From Perna viridis (Eukaryota): a stretch of 64,000 bases of DNA. The notes below the pieces were generated by a model. The model made no database searches, was not told the DNA's origin, and saw only the letters and a list, made by a program, of their open reading frames with translations. Made by a program: the position numbers and the translations under genes. Shown in pieces: positions 34,736 through 50,100 of this stretch. How positions within the stretch are numbered: position 1 is the first letter of the stretch; the number at the start of each line of letters is the position of its first letter. Where the stretch lies: positions 17,794,001 to 17,858,000 of the forward strand of contig CM074511.1 in assembly GCA_037379345.1 (NCBI GenBank). The letters are read 5' to 3'.

Positions 34736-37368
34736 ATGTTTTTTAATGATGAATATGTTTTCTTACTGTATAATCAATGTTCTAGATATTTAAAGAAGCA
34801 GTGTCTCATAAGAGTTGGTTGGATACCAATAACTGATTTAACTTGTATTATGCTTTTAAATTAATTCTAAGCATGTTAAATGTTTTATTGGTAGGTTACA
34901 TTATTATAGCAAAATATTCAGTATTTTTGAAAAAAAGGTTGTTTTTTTTTAATTTTCGCACAATAACTCGAAAACCCTTCCTACAATTAAAATGGAACTA
35001 TAGGAAAGTGTATAAATCTGAAGTGTGAACCTCTTATTTTTTTGTCAATTCCAAATTTTACAAAAGTGAGAACACTTGCAGCAACATATATGGTGCGTCA
35101 AAATGTTCGCGATGGTATTAGATCTAAGTCAACGGAGTAAAATCAATGTGCGGGGTCATCATTGTGTCTACTAGACAAAAAAAATGTTTCAGTGGCGTAC
35201 AATTGTCATGTGTTAAATTGCCCCCCCCCCCACCCAATGGAAATTAATGTCCTAGCGCCCCTTTCTCTTAGGAACCCCGGCTGGCATTCCTCCTTTTCAA
35301 ATTGTCTGAATCCGCCCCTGGGGTTGTTTTACATGGAGTCTTTTTGGCTAAACATGTAGCTGTCTCCATATGGAATGTGGGTGCATCATTTTGTCTAGTT
35401 GTATTTTTATCTAAACTAGGGTAGGTCGACATTTTAACCTGGATTTTTCTTCTTTCTTCTTGATTCTGTTCCGACTATTTATTGTCTGGATGGTATTCTA
35501 AATAAGTAGTTCGCCGAAAATGACATTTTTTTTATATATTCTGTTTGTAAATTCAGCCGTGTCCTTTTCGTTAGACCGTTTTCTTTTATTCCAATTTTCT
35601 TAAAACTTTTATCAATGTACTTGTGTTTTTTCTTTTCTTTGAAAATATTCCCGTTTATTTAATTGTAATTTATCAATTCATTTATTTGCTATCATCATGC
35701 TATACAAGAACTAGTCAGTGGTGTCATTCGCAAATGTAGATCAATGATATATAAAATTCTTGTTGTCGTTATAAGTATTTTTCTCCTAAAACATCTATGC
35801 TACACATGGACAGGTCCAAGGGACGCCCCCAATTTTTCCTCGTATAGTTTAGTAAAACTTGAAACCGCTTGAGACTCCCCTCCCCCACCCCACCCCCCCC
35901 CCACCCCCCAAAAAAAAGAAAAAAAATCTTTTCGGGATTCTTGGATCACTGACGCACAAAAAATGTAGATAGAATATATATTTCTTTAATTGAAAAGAGA
36001 GACATTTGAAGGTATATAGGTATTCATAAGCATATAGTCAAATATTTCCAAATTATGAGTTCATAGATTGGATAAATCATAAAGCAGAATTCAAAATGGA
36101 GTGCATGACATTTGCGCTACTACCCACTTGAACAGCCAATTTGCGCGACATTGTTTTAGGTAACTGAAATGTGTGCAAACAAATTTATCATCTGAACTTC
36201 TGTGAACCATTCTTAAGTTATACTTCAATTATTATACCAATTTGTAGTTTAAATCAATTATGACCGAATGCCATTTGAAAGATATTTACAATTTTGAAAA
36301 AAAGTCAAGCAAATGAATAAAAAAAAAAATTCTTTAAATCGCGGGAAAATTCTGATTACTAAAGTTAAAATTATTTAGAAAATTTTGAAAACAGTATATT
36401 AATATGTCTACGATATTTACAGTAATTGTGTCAAACAGATGTATTTTCACGTTTATGATGTCTAGCAAAATTATTCATATTAAGCAATTTTACATTTTTT
36501 TTAGTATAAATTTATTTAAGGTTGATGATCACTTACAATTTATTTGTTCTACTGTATGAATTTGTTCACTGAGATAAAAAAAAAATATTAATTTTCTAGG
36601 AGATGTAGGCCAGAAACGTCTCATCTTTTTCAGGGCCAAATTATTTATTTTTAAAATAATACTGCCAGTCCCCGTCAGAATCCAATGGTCTACAAGTCAC
36701 AAGTATTTGAACTTTCTGTGTCCACTGAACTGTCCGCGGGTTGATTTTTCTTCGTGACAGCATTTTTTACAAAGAACATACGCACGTATACGATATATGC
36801 ATACCCCCGTCGGCTTTTCCACTATATTGTTTATTTCCTTGTGTACTGTCTATTCACAAAAAACTTGCATCTTTGTAATATGATGTCGGCAATGTATGTT
36901 GCCTGACTAAGGCCCATATGAACCATATGCTTGATAATGTCTAAAATGTTTATTGTCTCTGTGTCACTTTAAATTTTACAATCACTCAAAAGTGTTAATT
37001 GCGGCACAAGACGTGTGTACTAATTCAATTAACCAATCAATGACCATTGAATTAACTGTCATTGATAACAATTTTAATTTTGCAGGTTTTACTATAGAAA
37101 TGTCAATAAAAAGTTCACGTGGAAATATTGACCAATCAAAACTTCGTTTACATCCAATGTTCTGGTAGGAGGCGATACTACAATGTAACTTGGTTCAGCA
37201 CAAACAACTTTCATCAAGAACATTTTAGTGAATTGCACACTACCACAGTGACAATGTAGGAATGACAAGGCTTCAAACATGTCTATATTTCATCCTATTT
37301 AACTCTGGAGCCGTTGATCGGCGAGATCGACGTATGTTTTGTGTTGGGCTTTCGAGCCCTGAACCAAT

Positions 37369-37553
37369 ATGGCGATTGTAGTTTTACTTAATGTGTGTAT
37401 CGTGATTATTTTGAGTGGATTTGTAGAGGTTCGAACGGTTGGTGAAAATTTAAGGTGCCCGTCACAATGTGCATGTCTAGGGAACTTTGTAGATTGTTCC
37501 CGACAAGGACTTATTGCAGTTCCAAAGGATTTACCTATTTGGGTTACTCGATT
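37369..37553 (+). CDS. LRIG: LRIG-like exon 1 (signal peptide and LRRNT)
   Basis: MAIVVLLNVCIVIILSG...CPSQCACLGNFVDCSRQGLIAVPKDLPIWVTR, with donor GTAAGT at 37554. Confidence 0.9.
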
Positions 37554-38499
37554 GTAAGTATTCAGTGTGACCCTCTTTCATTTAAATTGTGTTTATTTAA
37601 TAGTTACGAAGATTCCAGCTGAACCATCTGAGGTATATTTTGAACAGTCACATCTGATGCATAATTGTATTCGTTCAATCCAAGATTTTTAGACTAAGGA
37701 GAAAGTTGATAATTTAAACAACACAAACTGTGACAAAGTTGTAAGTCACCTATGAGTTATTGGCCTTGGTTCATGAAAGGATTTGGTGTTAAGTACACAA
37801 TTTGAATAACAGAATGTTTACTGTAGCCTTCAAAGTAACTGCTGTCTTTCAAATTTATGAGTGAAATTTTGAGTTTAATTGTAATTCAATATACACAACA
37901 CATATAATAGAATTTACTTGTTTACTTAACAGTGTGAGATTTTAATGGAAAAATATATCTGACAGCTTGAGAAATTATGGAATTAATTGTGTCCTGATAT
38001 TTACCTTATATCATGAATGCATTCAGTTTCTATGTGTTGTAATTTGTAATGTACATTTTTCCATTTTTCACTATACCAGACTAGGGGACTTTTATTACTT
38101 ACTGTACATGTAACTAATAATCTCTTACTCAAAGAGTATAATGGTACATGCACATGTAACATTGGTAATCTAAAGAAAAGAATAAGGTTATTTCTATAAA
38201 GTCAAGAACTTTTCCTTTACCTGTCAATGTACAAATATATATTTCTAATTTTAATGTATAGTACATGTTCTTGTTTGCAAGAGCTGTTTTTTAGTAAATT
38301 GTTTTTTTTTCTGGATTTGTAATACAGTTCAAGTTCAACTATTTTGTTTAATTTAAATGTACACACATTTATACATTTGATATTCACATGCTCATTTTAT
38401 TTCTTTGCTTTGGATCCTTCAATCAATCATTTCTAATATCATGAGTATGCTGTTTTTTTTTCTGATATTGTTATACAGTAATTATTTTTTTAATTTCAG

Positions 38500-38571
38500 G
38501 GAGGTTCAATATAATGCCATTTCTGGACTAAGAAGAGAAGATTTTAAAGGATTGAAAAATTTAACATATTT
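38500..38571 (+). CDS. LRIG: LRIG-like exon 2 (one LRR)
   Basis: AG acceptor and GTAAGT donor; 72 nt; LEVQYNAISGLRREDFKGLKNLTY. Confidence 0.9.
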
Positions 38572-41500
38572 GTAAGTTTGATAAGTTCAAGTCCTAATCA
38601 AGAAATTTCAGCTACAGAATTCAAAAAATTTAACCTTTTGTTAGGAACATCAAGGATTGTCCATTTCATTTTGTGTGTTTTATTTAAGCACACAAGAAAC
38701 ACTGAAAAAGACCCTAAAAAGATTTAAAATTAAATTTGAGATTTAAATTTACATGCACATTATACATGTAGTTTATTTCTTGGTATAAGTTATTCATATT
38801 GGATTTAATTGTAATACTTCGATATACACGTAGTATCTTATTTAAAGTGGTTTTATGCCTACTTTAAAATACAATTTTGCTGCATCTCACTACGAAATTT
38901 TGACAAAAATATAGAGGGTAATTGAAACTACATGTATAACTTCTAGGTTTTGGGATTTTTAAAGTTTTTTAGTTGAAATACAATGTATGTGTACATAAAT
39001 GTACATGTATTAATCAGATGTATACAACCAATAAATGGATCATTACATCCAAGATTTCCATATTCTTCCCAGTTTTAAGACCAACACAAAATAAAATATA
39101 TTCTGTATGATTTTTATTACTTAACTTGTTACTTGAGTTGTTCAATGTACATGTACAGTACAATTTATATGAACAGCTGTTTAAATAATATTTTGGGTGA
39201 AATACTGTAAGTAGAGTAATTGCCATTGAACTCTATAAATGTTTTTAGTTTTTTTTCCAAAATAATTTAGTATTCTTTTGAATGCCTGCTGTTTACTTGA
39301 TTTGATAAAAGAGCATAAACAAAAATAAAATGGAATTGAAGCACTACAACAGGTTTTAATGTAATCATTACTTCTTAAATTCTCATATATCATTTTTGCA
39401 TTCCATAAAAAACAAATTTGATGAAAAAATGATGATCTAATGTTTTATCAATAGGAAGTGGTCATATCCTCCACTTCGAAGTTAGAGAGACATCTTATGG
39501 TTAAAAATCCATATGCTGTACCTGATAGAAATTTAAATTTAAACCATTTCTTTTACATAAATCTTTCAATTTCACATTCAAAATTAATTTTTAAATACAT
39601 TCATGAAACCCTCAGATAAACATCCATGGTAACCAGGTTTTGTTGGGAATGACAAAAGGATAAGGGGAGAATGTCACTGTGTTTACTCAATACCTGCTAT
39701 GCATATAATGTACCTTATTAACCGTCTTGGCCCCAGTTACATAAGTCAGTTCCTGTGTGTTTGAATATATAAGATGTTATATTAGTAAGTCACAATTTCA
39801 TCTACACATGCTTTTTTTTATCTCCCAGAATATCATGTTGACTTATTCTTGTTAAGGGCTAGTAGAAATTAGGTAATTATTCATTAATGTTTATTTCAAT
39901 GATTGAAATCAAGGGATTGGCTGAGTGATACATGCAACAGTTTTTTGGACAATCTTAAAAAAAAACTCTATTTTGAGTAACACGATTCTTTTTTTTTTTT
40001 TTTTTGCACAACATACATGTACATGTATCCTCTAAGTTGAAATCATGTGATACCCACAATGTACTTCTTTACATGTACATGTTATCCTTTTTGCATTTAT
40101 CATATCTGACAATTAAACAATTTATTGGATGATATAATAATTCCTTCAATAAAAGAATTATTCTCAAAATTGACAAAAATAGAATGAAGAAAAAGAAACT
40201 ATGGGGTATAGTTGGCTAGATACAAAGGACTGAATAAGAAATGTGTTCTTCAGGTTGCATGTTAATGAGACATTGAATAGTAAATGTCAACAACATATTG
40301 TAATAGAAACCTTGTTAAAGTAGAAATTTGGTCAATGCTTGAAAGCAAACCAGTAACCCATGACCTCCCAGAACAATCGACCATCTCTGTAATTTTAATA
40401 CCGAGTTCAGTTGAAAATCAAAGATGCATCAGTGATTTTTTAACAAAGGTTTCTTCCCTATTTTTTCAGTCAACAACTTCATCCATTCTTTAATCAGTTT
40501 TGATGGAATTCATTAAAACTTTTATAGAGATATTTTTGCAGGTATCTGTCGTATTACATTTTGTACATGTACATGTAACATACATTTTTTAATTCATGTG
40601 TACATGAACACATGCATTAATGTTTGTTGCACATTGATAACATTAGTACTAATAAAATTTGATAAACATGTACAGTTATGTATGTATTTCATGATGAAAT
40701 GTAACTTTTATATTTGTTTGGAACCTATATCTACATATTAAACATATAATGTACATTGTTTAATTTATTTTTCATCTAATCAGTTATCGGTAGTAACTTA
40801 CCATATGCACACAATGTGTATTTACATTTGCAAAAAGGGAAAATTTAATATGAAGAGCTTTATACATTGTATAATGAGAAATGTACTTGAATTATTTTCC
40901 TTGTACATGTACAGTGTAATTGTTTTGCTGTCTAAGACTAACTGTATAAATTATTATGAAAATTCAAGAACAAATAAAATATTGGAGGTTAACACATATT
41001 CCTTAGTAATACAGATTGTATTTACATCCAGGTGTTCAAAAGTTAAGCTGACCAGTTTTTAGGTTTAAATTAACTAAGTTTTCACTGAATAGGGATTGAA
41101 ATCCTCCACTAAGTATATTTACATTACCCAAAGCTTTTCCCATTATGTACATATTCACCATATCCATTCTCATTATACATGTATATATTGTTCAAATTCA
41201 GATTTAAGTTTATGTAGATTGAAGATTCAACACAGGTGGCTCAATTAATTAAAACTGCAGCTATCCAGTTTCTAATTAAGACAAGTATTTTGATTATATT
41301 ACACATGTACAATGTAAATGTATAGTATTGTGATTCTTATCAATTAGGAAAAAATTGTAAGCAATAATGCTGTATATATATGAATCTATATTCAAAAGAA
41401 ATAATTTATGTGTATATGAAACTTGTGTATTTGCATTAAAAAAAATTGTCAAGAACTTTTAAGTATGGTACTTTAATAACTTTCACACCTCGGGTGTTAA

Positions 41501-44161
41501 AGAAATAAGCTTTGAATAAAGGTTGGTCATTGTACAAAGCCTCCAGGTTAAGAAGGGATTAATGTGTATTGTATACTTGTCTGTCAATCAAAGGGATTTG
41601 CTTGAAATGGCCACTTGAAATGACATCTCAATATTTTCTTTAGCTAATTGGATCATCAACCAGTTTTGACATGTGAAAAGAAACTGAATTATTTGTGCCA
41701 TTGGAATAGCTTCTCATAATTATTTTTGTGATTTTCATTTTCTTGTACTTGCATGCATGGTATTGTACATGTTCGTGCTTTTCCATTTAAATATTTTGTT
41801 GACTTTACCCTGCAATCTCCTGGAGTTGTCTTTGAAATACAGATCTGTGGTGTACTTGCACTAGGAAACTACATGTACATATTTTATAAAGAACCTTGTT
41901 TCCTTGATCTAGAATCTTACTCTACATTTTCATTGTAAGTTTTATTAAAATGACCCAATTTATTGTCAACAATAGCATTGGTAGAGTTGACCACTTTTTT
42001 CCCAATAACATGCAATGTTGTCTTCAATATTTCTCTTTACTATTTTAATATATCAATTTGCCTGGCTTCAAATCTGATATTTCGCAGCTTATGTTGGCAG
42101 TGTGTAAATGACATATTTGGGTTCGTAATCTGTTTCAAGTCTTATTTGTTGCAGTTATACAAAATAAATGACTTAATAATGATTATTTCAAAGAAATATT
42201 TGTAGTCAAACTGTCTCGCAATGTGTGACTTAGGATATCAGAAACTCATGATGGAAAAATAACAAAATTTAAAAATCAAATGTGTCCTTCTTCAAGCGTT
42301 ATGAGGATCTTTGAAGATTTTATGAATGACCTGTATTGTTATGACAACTAATTGAAATCAAAATCTAATAAAATATCATTTTCATCATAGAGGTCTCCTA
42401 TATTATTTTTTATTTGATTGATTTAAACTTGTACAGCTTAGGAAGAGTATAGAAATGTAGTAGTCAAATCAAATTTCAGAATAATGGTTTATACATGATC
42501 TCAAGATATACAACATGTATGTGATTGTTGGTATAGAAAAGACATGGTCATCAGCATTTTATTGGGGAATTGCATTAATTGTCATCAACACAGGATAATT
42601 CGGTTTTTCAAATCTGCTTTAAATTTAGTTTAAAGTATCCTTTTTTGTACTTTTCAATTTATAATTTTGGATTTTTAACTTTTATGAATGGAATGCATAC
42701 CTTTCAAGACAACATTCTGACCCAATTCCAAAAAAAGTCAGGTTTATTCACTTGTGCTAATCCTAATGCCTAAGACTTTCTCTAATTGGATTTTCATTTA
42801 ATTAAGACCTCTTTACACTCTCTCTGAAAAGTAAGAGGAAAAAAGCTTATTTGTGATGCTTGGCGTATTAAAATATATGTTTGATATTAAATATTGGCAA
42901 AAGCATTAATATTCATTTTGTTTGACCTTATACAAATGATTATTTGTTATTGCCATAGCTCCATGTACCGTAGGGCGGTTACGTGAGTCTATAGTTACAT
43001 GTAAGATTCACAAGTTTGGTTTCTTTCATTGTTAAAATCATTATTAAATTACTAGTTGGCCAGGAAAAAGTAACAAAAAAGTCATTATGAATAGAACTGT
43101 AGGTGAATTTTACAGGATTGCATGTACCCTCCACTAAATTTAGACGGCATCTGCACAAGATCAAATTGACGTAGCTGCTAGTTAAGCACAATTTATTGCG
43201 GAATAACTTTAGAAGTTGTTTTATATTGTTTAATGTTAGTTATGACCAAATGTCCATGAATACTTAATCAGTTCTAAATTGTAGGGTTTGCATTTGCAGC
43301 AATGAAATTTCGTACAAGATTTATGATTAACTTGATAGTCCTTAATAGTAAACTTCAGATCAAGTTATTGTAAAAGGAACAGGTCCTAATCTTTGAAGGG
43401 ACTGTTTTTAGTGGGAAGATTTCATGACAATGTCTATTTATGTAAATTTTAGGTGATTTGTAATGCTGTTTATTTTTTCATTTGAAATAAGATCCGATTT
43501 AAATGCAGAAAAGGATTAACCCTATACCTCAAGGAACTATAGAAGAAAATAAAATACAAATTGACTATCCACTACAAAGTATATCAATTTCTTCTGATTA
43601 AAAGCGAAGTGTATATTTTCTTCAGATGTAGTCTAGAATATCTGTTAAGAGAGCATAGCCCCTGCTAAAGGTTTAGTTCCCATGAGTTCTCTGAATGTGC
43701 CATTATTTAAATCTTGTTCTGTATAAAATGCTGCTGGAGGATTTCTTAATGGTTACAGAATAAATTTCTGTAGTCTGTAGTAAACAAGTTAAAATTTCAA
43801 AATCCAAGTTATGAATTTCTTCCAATAATGATTAATAAGTCCTTAACAATTACATATTGAAGACCATCCTTATAAAAGGTTGTTAATTGATAAGTTTATC
43901 AACTTTTCTACTCCATTTTATTTTCTTTATTTCCAAGACAAGGTGTTTATGTTTCTATAATACATTTTATTTTAAAAATAATACCCTTTCGGTGTTTGCC
44001 TGCATGTACTTACCTACCCACATAATAGGTCTTAAAATAGCAAACAAACAAGTTATGAAGAATGGTTAAAGTTGTCAATTTTTTACGCTAAACAACTATA
44101 TCTACATACACTTATGAATACATATACAAATGTTACAAATATATTTCTATCTTTTTTACAG

Positions 44162-44233
44162 GGATGTCAGTAACAATGAAATAAAGTTTCTAAATGGATC
44201 TGTATTGGAACATCTTACTGGATTACAACATCT
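44162..44233 (+). CDS. LRIG: LRIG-like exon 3 (one LRR)
   Basis: 72 nt; LDVSNNEIKFLNGSVLEHLTGLQH. Confidence 0.9.
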
Positions 44234-45158
44234 GTAAGTCTGTTAGAATTTCATCTGCAAGTCTTGTTGTCTAATGAAATGTTAATATAGTCTTCAAATC
44301 TTTGGTATATGGTTTAGTATCAGTACTACTAAAGGACTGGATATATATATATATTTTTGCACATCTTGTACTTGAGACTGCTTTTTGTATGCCTGTCTTC
44401 TTTATATGGGGCATATTTTCTGTCTGTCTGCTGCTCACATTTCATGTAATATCTCATAACCACTTGAGCCCATTTTCTCGAAACTTTGATAAATAGTTTA
44501 TTTCTGTTGAGGTAACTATAAGATCCCTTTTGATTCTTGAAAAATTCAAATGGTACTTTTATAGGACTATATTCAGATGATTTCCTGTTTTTGTTCTATT
44601 TCTCTAAAGCACTTCAATCAAAATCCTTGAAGCTGTGGTGGATTGTTTATATTAATTTCAGTGTATTTATCATACCCTCCAGGAGCAGTGTGGAGGGTGG
44701 GAGGGGACAATATAGAAATCACATGGTCTGCTTGTCTGTTCATGTGATCTTATATTAAGTCTTAATGTAAGTCTGTGTACATTGTATATAAGTTACTTGA
44801 CCACTTCAGATCTGTTCAAAACCTTATCCTTTGTCAAAAATGTTGTGTCCGTGTCAGGGTTTGACCTATATGGATGTATCAAGCTGCACTCTGTAAGGCA
44901 TTTTGTTTATAACAGGCATGATTTTGATCCGCATTTTAGTGGAAGTCCCCTATTTCAAATCTGGATTTTATGGTTACGATTCTTTTTTTATTGTATATTT
45001 ACTTACAATTTTTGCCGATTTCCACTTTGTTTGTAGACCTCATAAAATCTTCTCTGCTATAAAGATAGACAAAGTTATAACTGTAAGCTGCCCTGCTGCA
45101 GACATTATTTAATTTTATTTAGGTTCATTGTGTTGTAGTTAGTTGCTTTATTTTTCAG

Positions 45159-45230
45159 TAAAATAAATTACAACAAGTTGACAGAAATTCCTCAACTTAA
45201 GGGGCTTTCCTCCCTACTGTCCATTGAAGC
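45159..45230 (+). CDS. LRIG: LRIG-like exon 4 (one LRR)
   Basis: 72 nt; LKINYNKLTEIPQLKGLSSLLSIE. Confidence 0.88.
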
Positions 45231-46813
45231 GTAAGTATCTCATTCCGTTTAAAAAATAGTATCTGGAAGAATTTTTTTAGTTTTAATGATTTTACATATA
45301 AATTGATTATCATTTTACATGTATGTATGATCTATGAAGTTTTTGTAGGTTTTATCTAGTGTCTAACATCATGTGTTCGTGAAATATTTTAAGAAAATAA
45401 AATCTGGTAAAAATTGACTTGAAAGGAGACTGGTATTATTAAAATGGTAATGGAAGATAGTGTCTTAAACTTCACTTCTGTGTTAATATAAATTGATAAT
45501 TACTTCTGCAACTGCAATTTATTGATATACATATATAGACTACTGGGTTTGATAATAAATTTAAAATATTGGCAATAAAAACTTTCTGTGGAACATTTTA
45601 TTTCCCCCAACCAATAAAACTTGGATGAAATATTGTCATAATTTTTACAGGCTATTTAAATTTTTTGTAGAAGAAACTTGACACAGTTTGAAGTGTCTTG
45701 TAAATTTCAACAAATCTTTTGTTGTCAGTGTTTCATGGACAATGTTTGAATATAGATGACCCGCTTGCCCTATGTAAACGTTATAAGGGTAGATTTATCG
45801 GGAAGGATCTGCTTTATCGCAGTTCTACCTGCAAAATGGATCTAGCCCAATAAAAAATGTGACAAGATTAATATGTTATACTCCTGGATGGGTCGCAAAA
45901 TACCCCTTCAAGCATTAGGTAATTACTCAAATAGTCGTCAGGGTGTGTGGTAGAGCTTAGCTACACGAAAATGTGTTTGAAAACTAAATATTGCTTTCCT
46001 ATTTATAATCTTCTTTTATGACAATTATGAATTCTCTGTTTTATGGGCACCTTAAAGCATACATGATCAAAAATGTATTTGAATGATAATGGAATTCATT
46101 CAATATAAAAAATTGTATCTTCTATGAAAACACTTGGATTAAAAAAAAATGGACAAAAATTTTTATCTTGTATCTTGTACTTTTTTTGTTTTTGATTTAT
46201 TTGTTCTTTTTCAATCATTTAAAATGTGACTAATTATTTCAAAGTTTGCTAAATGTACAACTGATAGGTACAAATCATCATAGATGGTATTTTCATATCA
46301 AATCTTGTTTTGCAATTCATTTAAAAATTGTCGAGACAGTTGATAAATTGTCTAGGTGTACTTCTTAGGTTGCAAAAATCTCACTTTGTTTACTTATACA
46401 CCTTAAAATGGCGAAAGAATTTATTTGCAACAGGTAATTCTGTTAAGATAGTTTGTAAGTTTGAATGATCGGCAGCCAAAATATTAAAATGAAGGTGGCA
46501 AAATTGAGATAACTGTATCAAAGGTATATGGGTTTATCTTAAAAACTTGTGAAACTACCACCTTATACAAATTAGATTAAATTTTTGATTTGATAAAAAT
46601 TCACATTGACCAAGTCAAAATTCTTTCTGTGTGATACAATCAGTGTAAATGTCTGTTAAGTGTTATCATTCATTATGCATTATTAATAGTTTATTATTGA
46701 ATATATGAAAATGATCAGCTGAATTTATATTAGGAAACAATTCTTTGTTTTAATACTACTCTAGAAGTATATACGTTACATGTAACTTAGTAGAAATTAT
46801 CAGTAGGCTTCAA

Positions 46814-46911
46814 CAAAACATTCATGGTGTCAGTAGCCAGTGGCCAGCAAAATTAGGCAAAACATTCATGGTGTCAGTAGCCAGTGGCCAGCAAAATTAG
46901 GCAAAACATTC
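46814..46911. repeat. Perfect 44-bp tandem duplication (2.2 copies), intronic
   Basis: CAAAACATTCATGGTGTCAGTAGCCAGTGGCCAGCAAAATTAGG twice, then CAAAACATTC. Confidence 0.95.
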
Positions 46912-47021
46912 TTAAACTTGAAATATAACAAGCCTAATTATTTATAAACAAATATCTTGTTACAGTATAGGGCAATCTTCTCTAATCTAATATGATACTT
47001 ATTTTCCTTCTTTATATTTAG

Positions 47022-47159
47022 AAATTACAACAGAATTACCTATATTGCCCAAGAGTTTTGCCTGTACACACCCCAACTAAAGGAAATACAGATGAATAAC
47101 AACTATGTCACAGATATTTCTCCTGGTGTTTTCTCTGCCAACAATGTCATACAGAAAAT
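47022..47159 (+). CDS. LRIG: LRIG-like exon 5 (two LRRs)
   Basis: 138 nt; ANYNRITYIAQEFCLYTPQLKEIQMNNNYVTDISPGVFSANNVIQK. Confidence 0.88.
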
Positions 47160-50100
47160 GTAAGTTATTAATTGCTTCATTTTTTAAGCCTTTATGGAAC
47201 TTGTCACACCATTGAATATTGAGAAATTCATCAGAATGTAACAATCTTCTTAGGGTAGGTTGGGTTTTTAAAATTGAAAATGAAATTATAAGAAATAGGA
47301 AGAAACCGAACACAGTATCTGATCATGTTACAAAACAAACTAGACTCAAGAATTAGGTTTATGACTTGAAGAGGAGAAATATATGACTACAACTGGATGT
47401 ACAAGTTAATGTCTGTCTAAGGTTACATTTTAATGGATGGTAAAACCACTTCATTTCATAAACTCCAAAGAACTATAGGGAGACTTGTGTTTGTACCTAA
47501 ACCTAAAAAATGCTCATTGTAGTAATAGACAACATTTTTAGAAGAACAGACATATATATTATTTTTTGGAATAATAAATAATTTTTTTCTGTAATTTTGA
47601 GTATTCTGTTATTGTTTTGTAATTATTTAAATTTTCAGAATCTAAAGCACATTGGATAGGTAGTTTCAGTTCACATTTTTGTCACTTAGTTGGCTATGAT
47701 ACCAGTATACATGTACAAACATTTAATGAAGTTGTGTAAAATGAAAAGCAATATCATCACATTCAAAAAATTTAACACCTCATAAAGTTTAGAAGGGTGT
47801 TGTATAATTTAGGAATTTGTTGAAAATGATAAAAAGTGACAGATGTAATAATAAATCTGTGGTGGTGTTGAAAGGTTTGGGGAGACAGGGACAAGTTTTG
47901 GAGACTATTTGTTCCATTTTTGGTTGGTTCTATAGCCCTCTTCTGTCTAATATTGTTGACAATGGCCATTTGATTTTAACCTTGATGAAAACACATTGAA
48001 TTTGATAGGAAGAAAAAGGTTACATGGCATTTTTCAGCTAGACTTGTAGGCTGCAGTGATTTTCTCGCCTGTATAAAAATAAAGTTGCATGTTCCAATTT
48101 GTTTATTTTTCTAATAAATCAAGACAGATCATTCAGTTTAAGTAATGAATTCCATTCACCTCAGTTTTGTGATCATTTATAAAATGTTCAGTTGTTAACA
48201 CTTAGAGGAGCCAGACTTAAGGCTGTGATCCAACAGGGAATCAAATTAATATTATTTTCCATTTCCACACTTGTACAAGGAAGCATTGCTTCCACAAATG
48301 GCCTTGTCCCATTGAAAAATATGTTTTCCATGACATCCTGTCAAATTATTCCTCATATTAGGTCATAAATTTCAATTAGGAAGCTGGTCAAATGTGAGTC
48401 CTGAAGTCTGAACGGAAAATTTATAGTTTAACATGCAATAGCAGGTCATGCTTGATGCAAATTTCAATTATTTATTGTCACCTAAGCATGGATTAATCAC
48501 TTAAATTGCTTTGCTAGTCCAAGTATGTGGCATTTATACAGTTATGGAACTGGAATTCTGTGTTACCAATTCTGGTTTTTACGCAGTTGTTATGTGAAAA
48601 CTGTCATTTCGTCATTGGTATTTCCTATCTTTACTAGAGGATCCAAATTGAATGCTCAGATGAAGTCTTCTATGATAAAAAGTGGCTGAAATTGTGATGA
48701 CTCTATGGAAATAAATTAACTTGAGAATTTATTTTCCAAAAAAAAAAGTTGATGTCTGATGGTTTGTCACCATTCCAATTTAATGTCCTTGAAAAATCAT
48801 GAAAGTATGGAGTACATCTGTGAAGGAATTTGAACTCTATATGACTGTTTGAAATCAAAGAAATATTATCACTTGATGAAGTAAATGTAGACCCCTCACA
48901 TCTGTGTACATGTGTGATTTACATGTCATAATATTTCATACCATCAAACAATTTTCTTTTAATTACAGCTCAAAGGTAAATTTTATCAACATTTTTATGA
49001 CTTTTATTTGTCAGTAAAACTGATAAATACCCAACAGATATGTTTCAGCATGTTGAGTTAATTTCAGTTGCTTGTATGATTAAAATTGTAAGAAATATAC
49101 CTCCCGGAAAAGTTCTATACTAAATGCAGCCCTTTTTATGTTATAGTGCATGACAAGCCCACCTTGCTATGATATGCAAAAACATACACATGTAAAACTA
49201 CATGTATTACATGTTGTACTTAAAAAAAAGGTCTTGTATTAAAATGTACACAATTTTACAAGAAAAAAAGTCTCGAATTGGGGCATATTCAAAATTTGAG
49301 TACAATGTGCACCCATATTTCTTAAAATTTTGTTATTTATTGTAGAAATTAGTAAATTATGGGGAGATTGTTTTGACCCAATTATAACACACCTGTGGCT
49401 AATCCCAGGTAATAGGTCAATGTACTTATGGAACACCTGTCTATTACAGGGTACACACCATTCAACATTCATCCCATTTACATTTTATTCGTAGATATCT
49501 GGTTTTAATCATTTTGTATCTTAGAAAGAATGGCGGCCATTTAAGCCTATTCTAAAATTATAATCATAGCTCAGATTTAGAAATTTGATCCATTCTATCA
49601 AGTTAAAGAAACATTTTCTTTTGCTTGAGTAAGCAGTGGTGGTATACATAGCAGTATTAATTTCAGGGTTTAGACGCAAGGCTGGCTAAGTACCTGACAG
49701 AGGGCCATTACTTTGGATTGTTTTTAAGTTCCCTCTATGGTGTAATGTTTTTGTATGATCAACAGACCTTTGTTTTCAACAGGCAGAGCTATGTTAGAAC
49801 GTTAACATTGAATGAAATTTAAATGTATTTTTATAATGTTTAAGATTCTTATCAAAAACATATAAGATTTTAATCTATAAAGTTCAAATTCAAGTTTTGT
49901 CAAACAAGTTAAAAAATGTTTTAATTGTAGATGTGCATTGATAAAGAACTTCAAATTGTCTTTTCATTTGAATTAAACTCTCTTCACAATGAAATCTGCA
50001 ATTTAAAAGGTCCTGAGTTTAATAGGACAATAGTTGTGTACAGTGATTATTTTGTCAAGGGAAGAACTTATCACTCAAGGGTTGAAATTTTCTTGTCCAA

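Noticed and set aside
37031-37140. CCAAT boxes and a CACGTG upstream of LRIG as a defined promoter
   Set aside because: Short motifs expected by chance, and the transcription start site is unknown.
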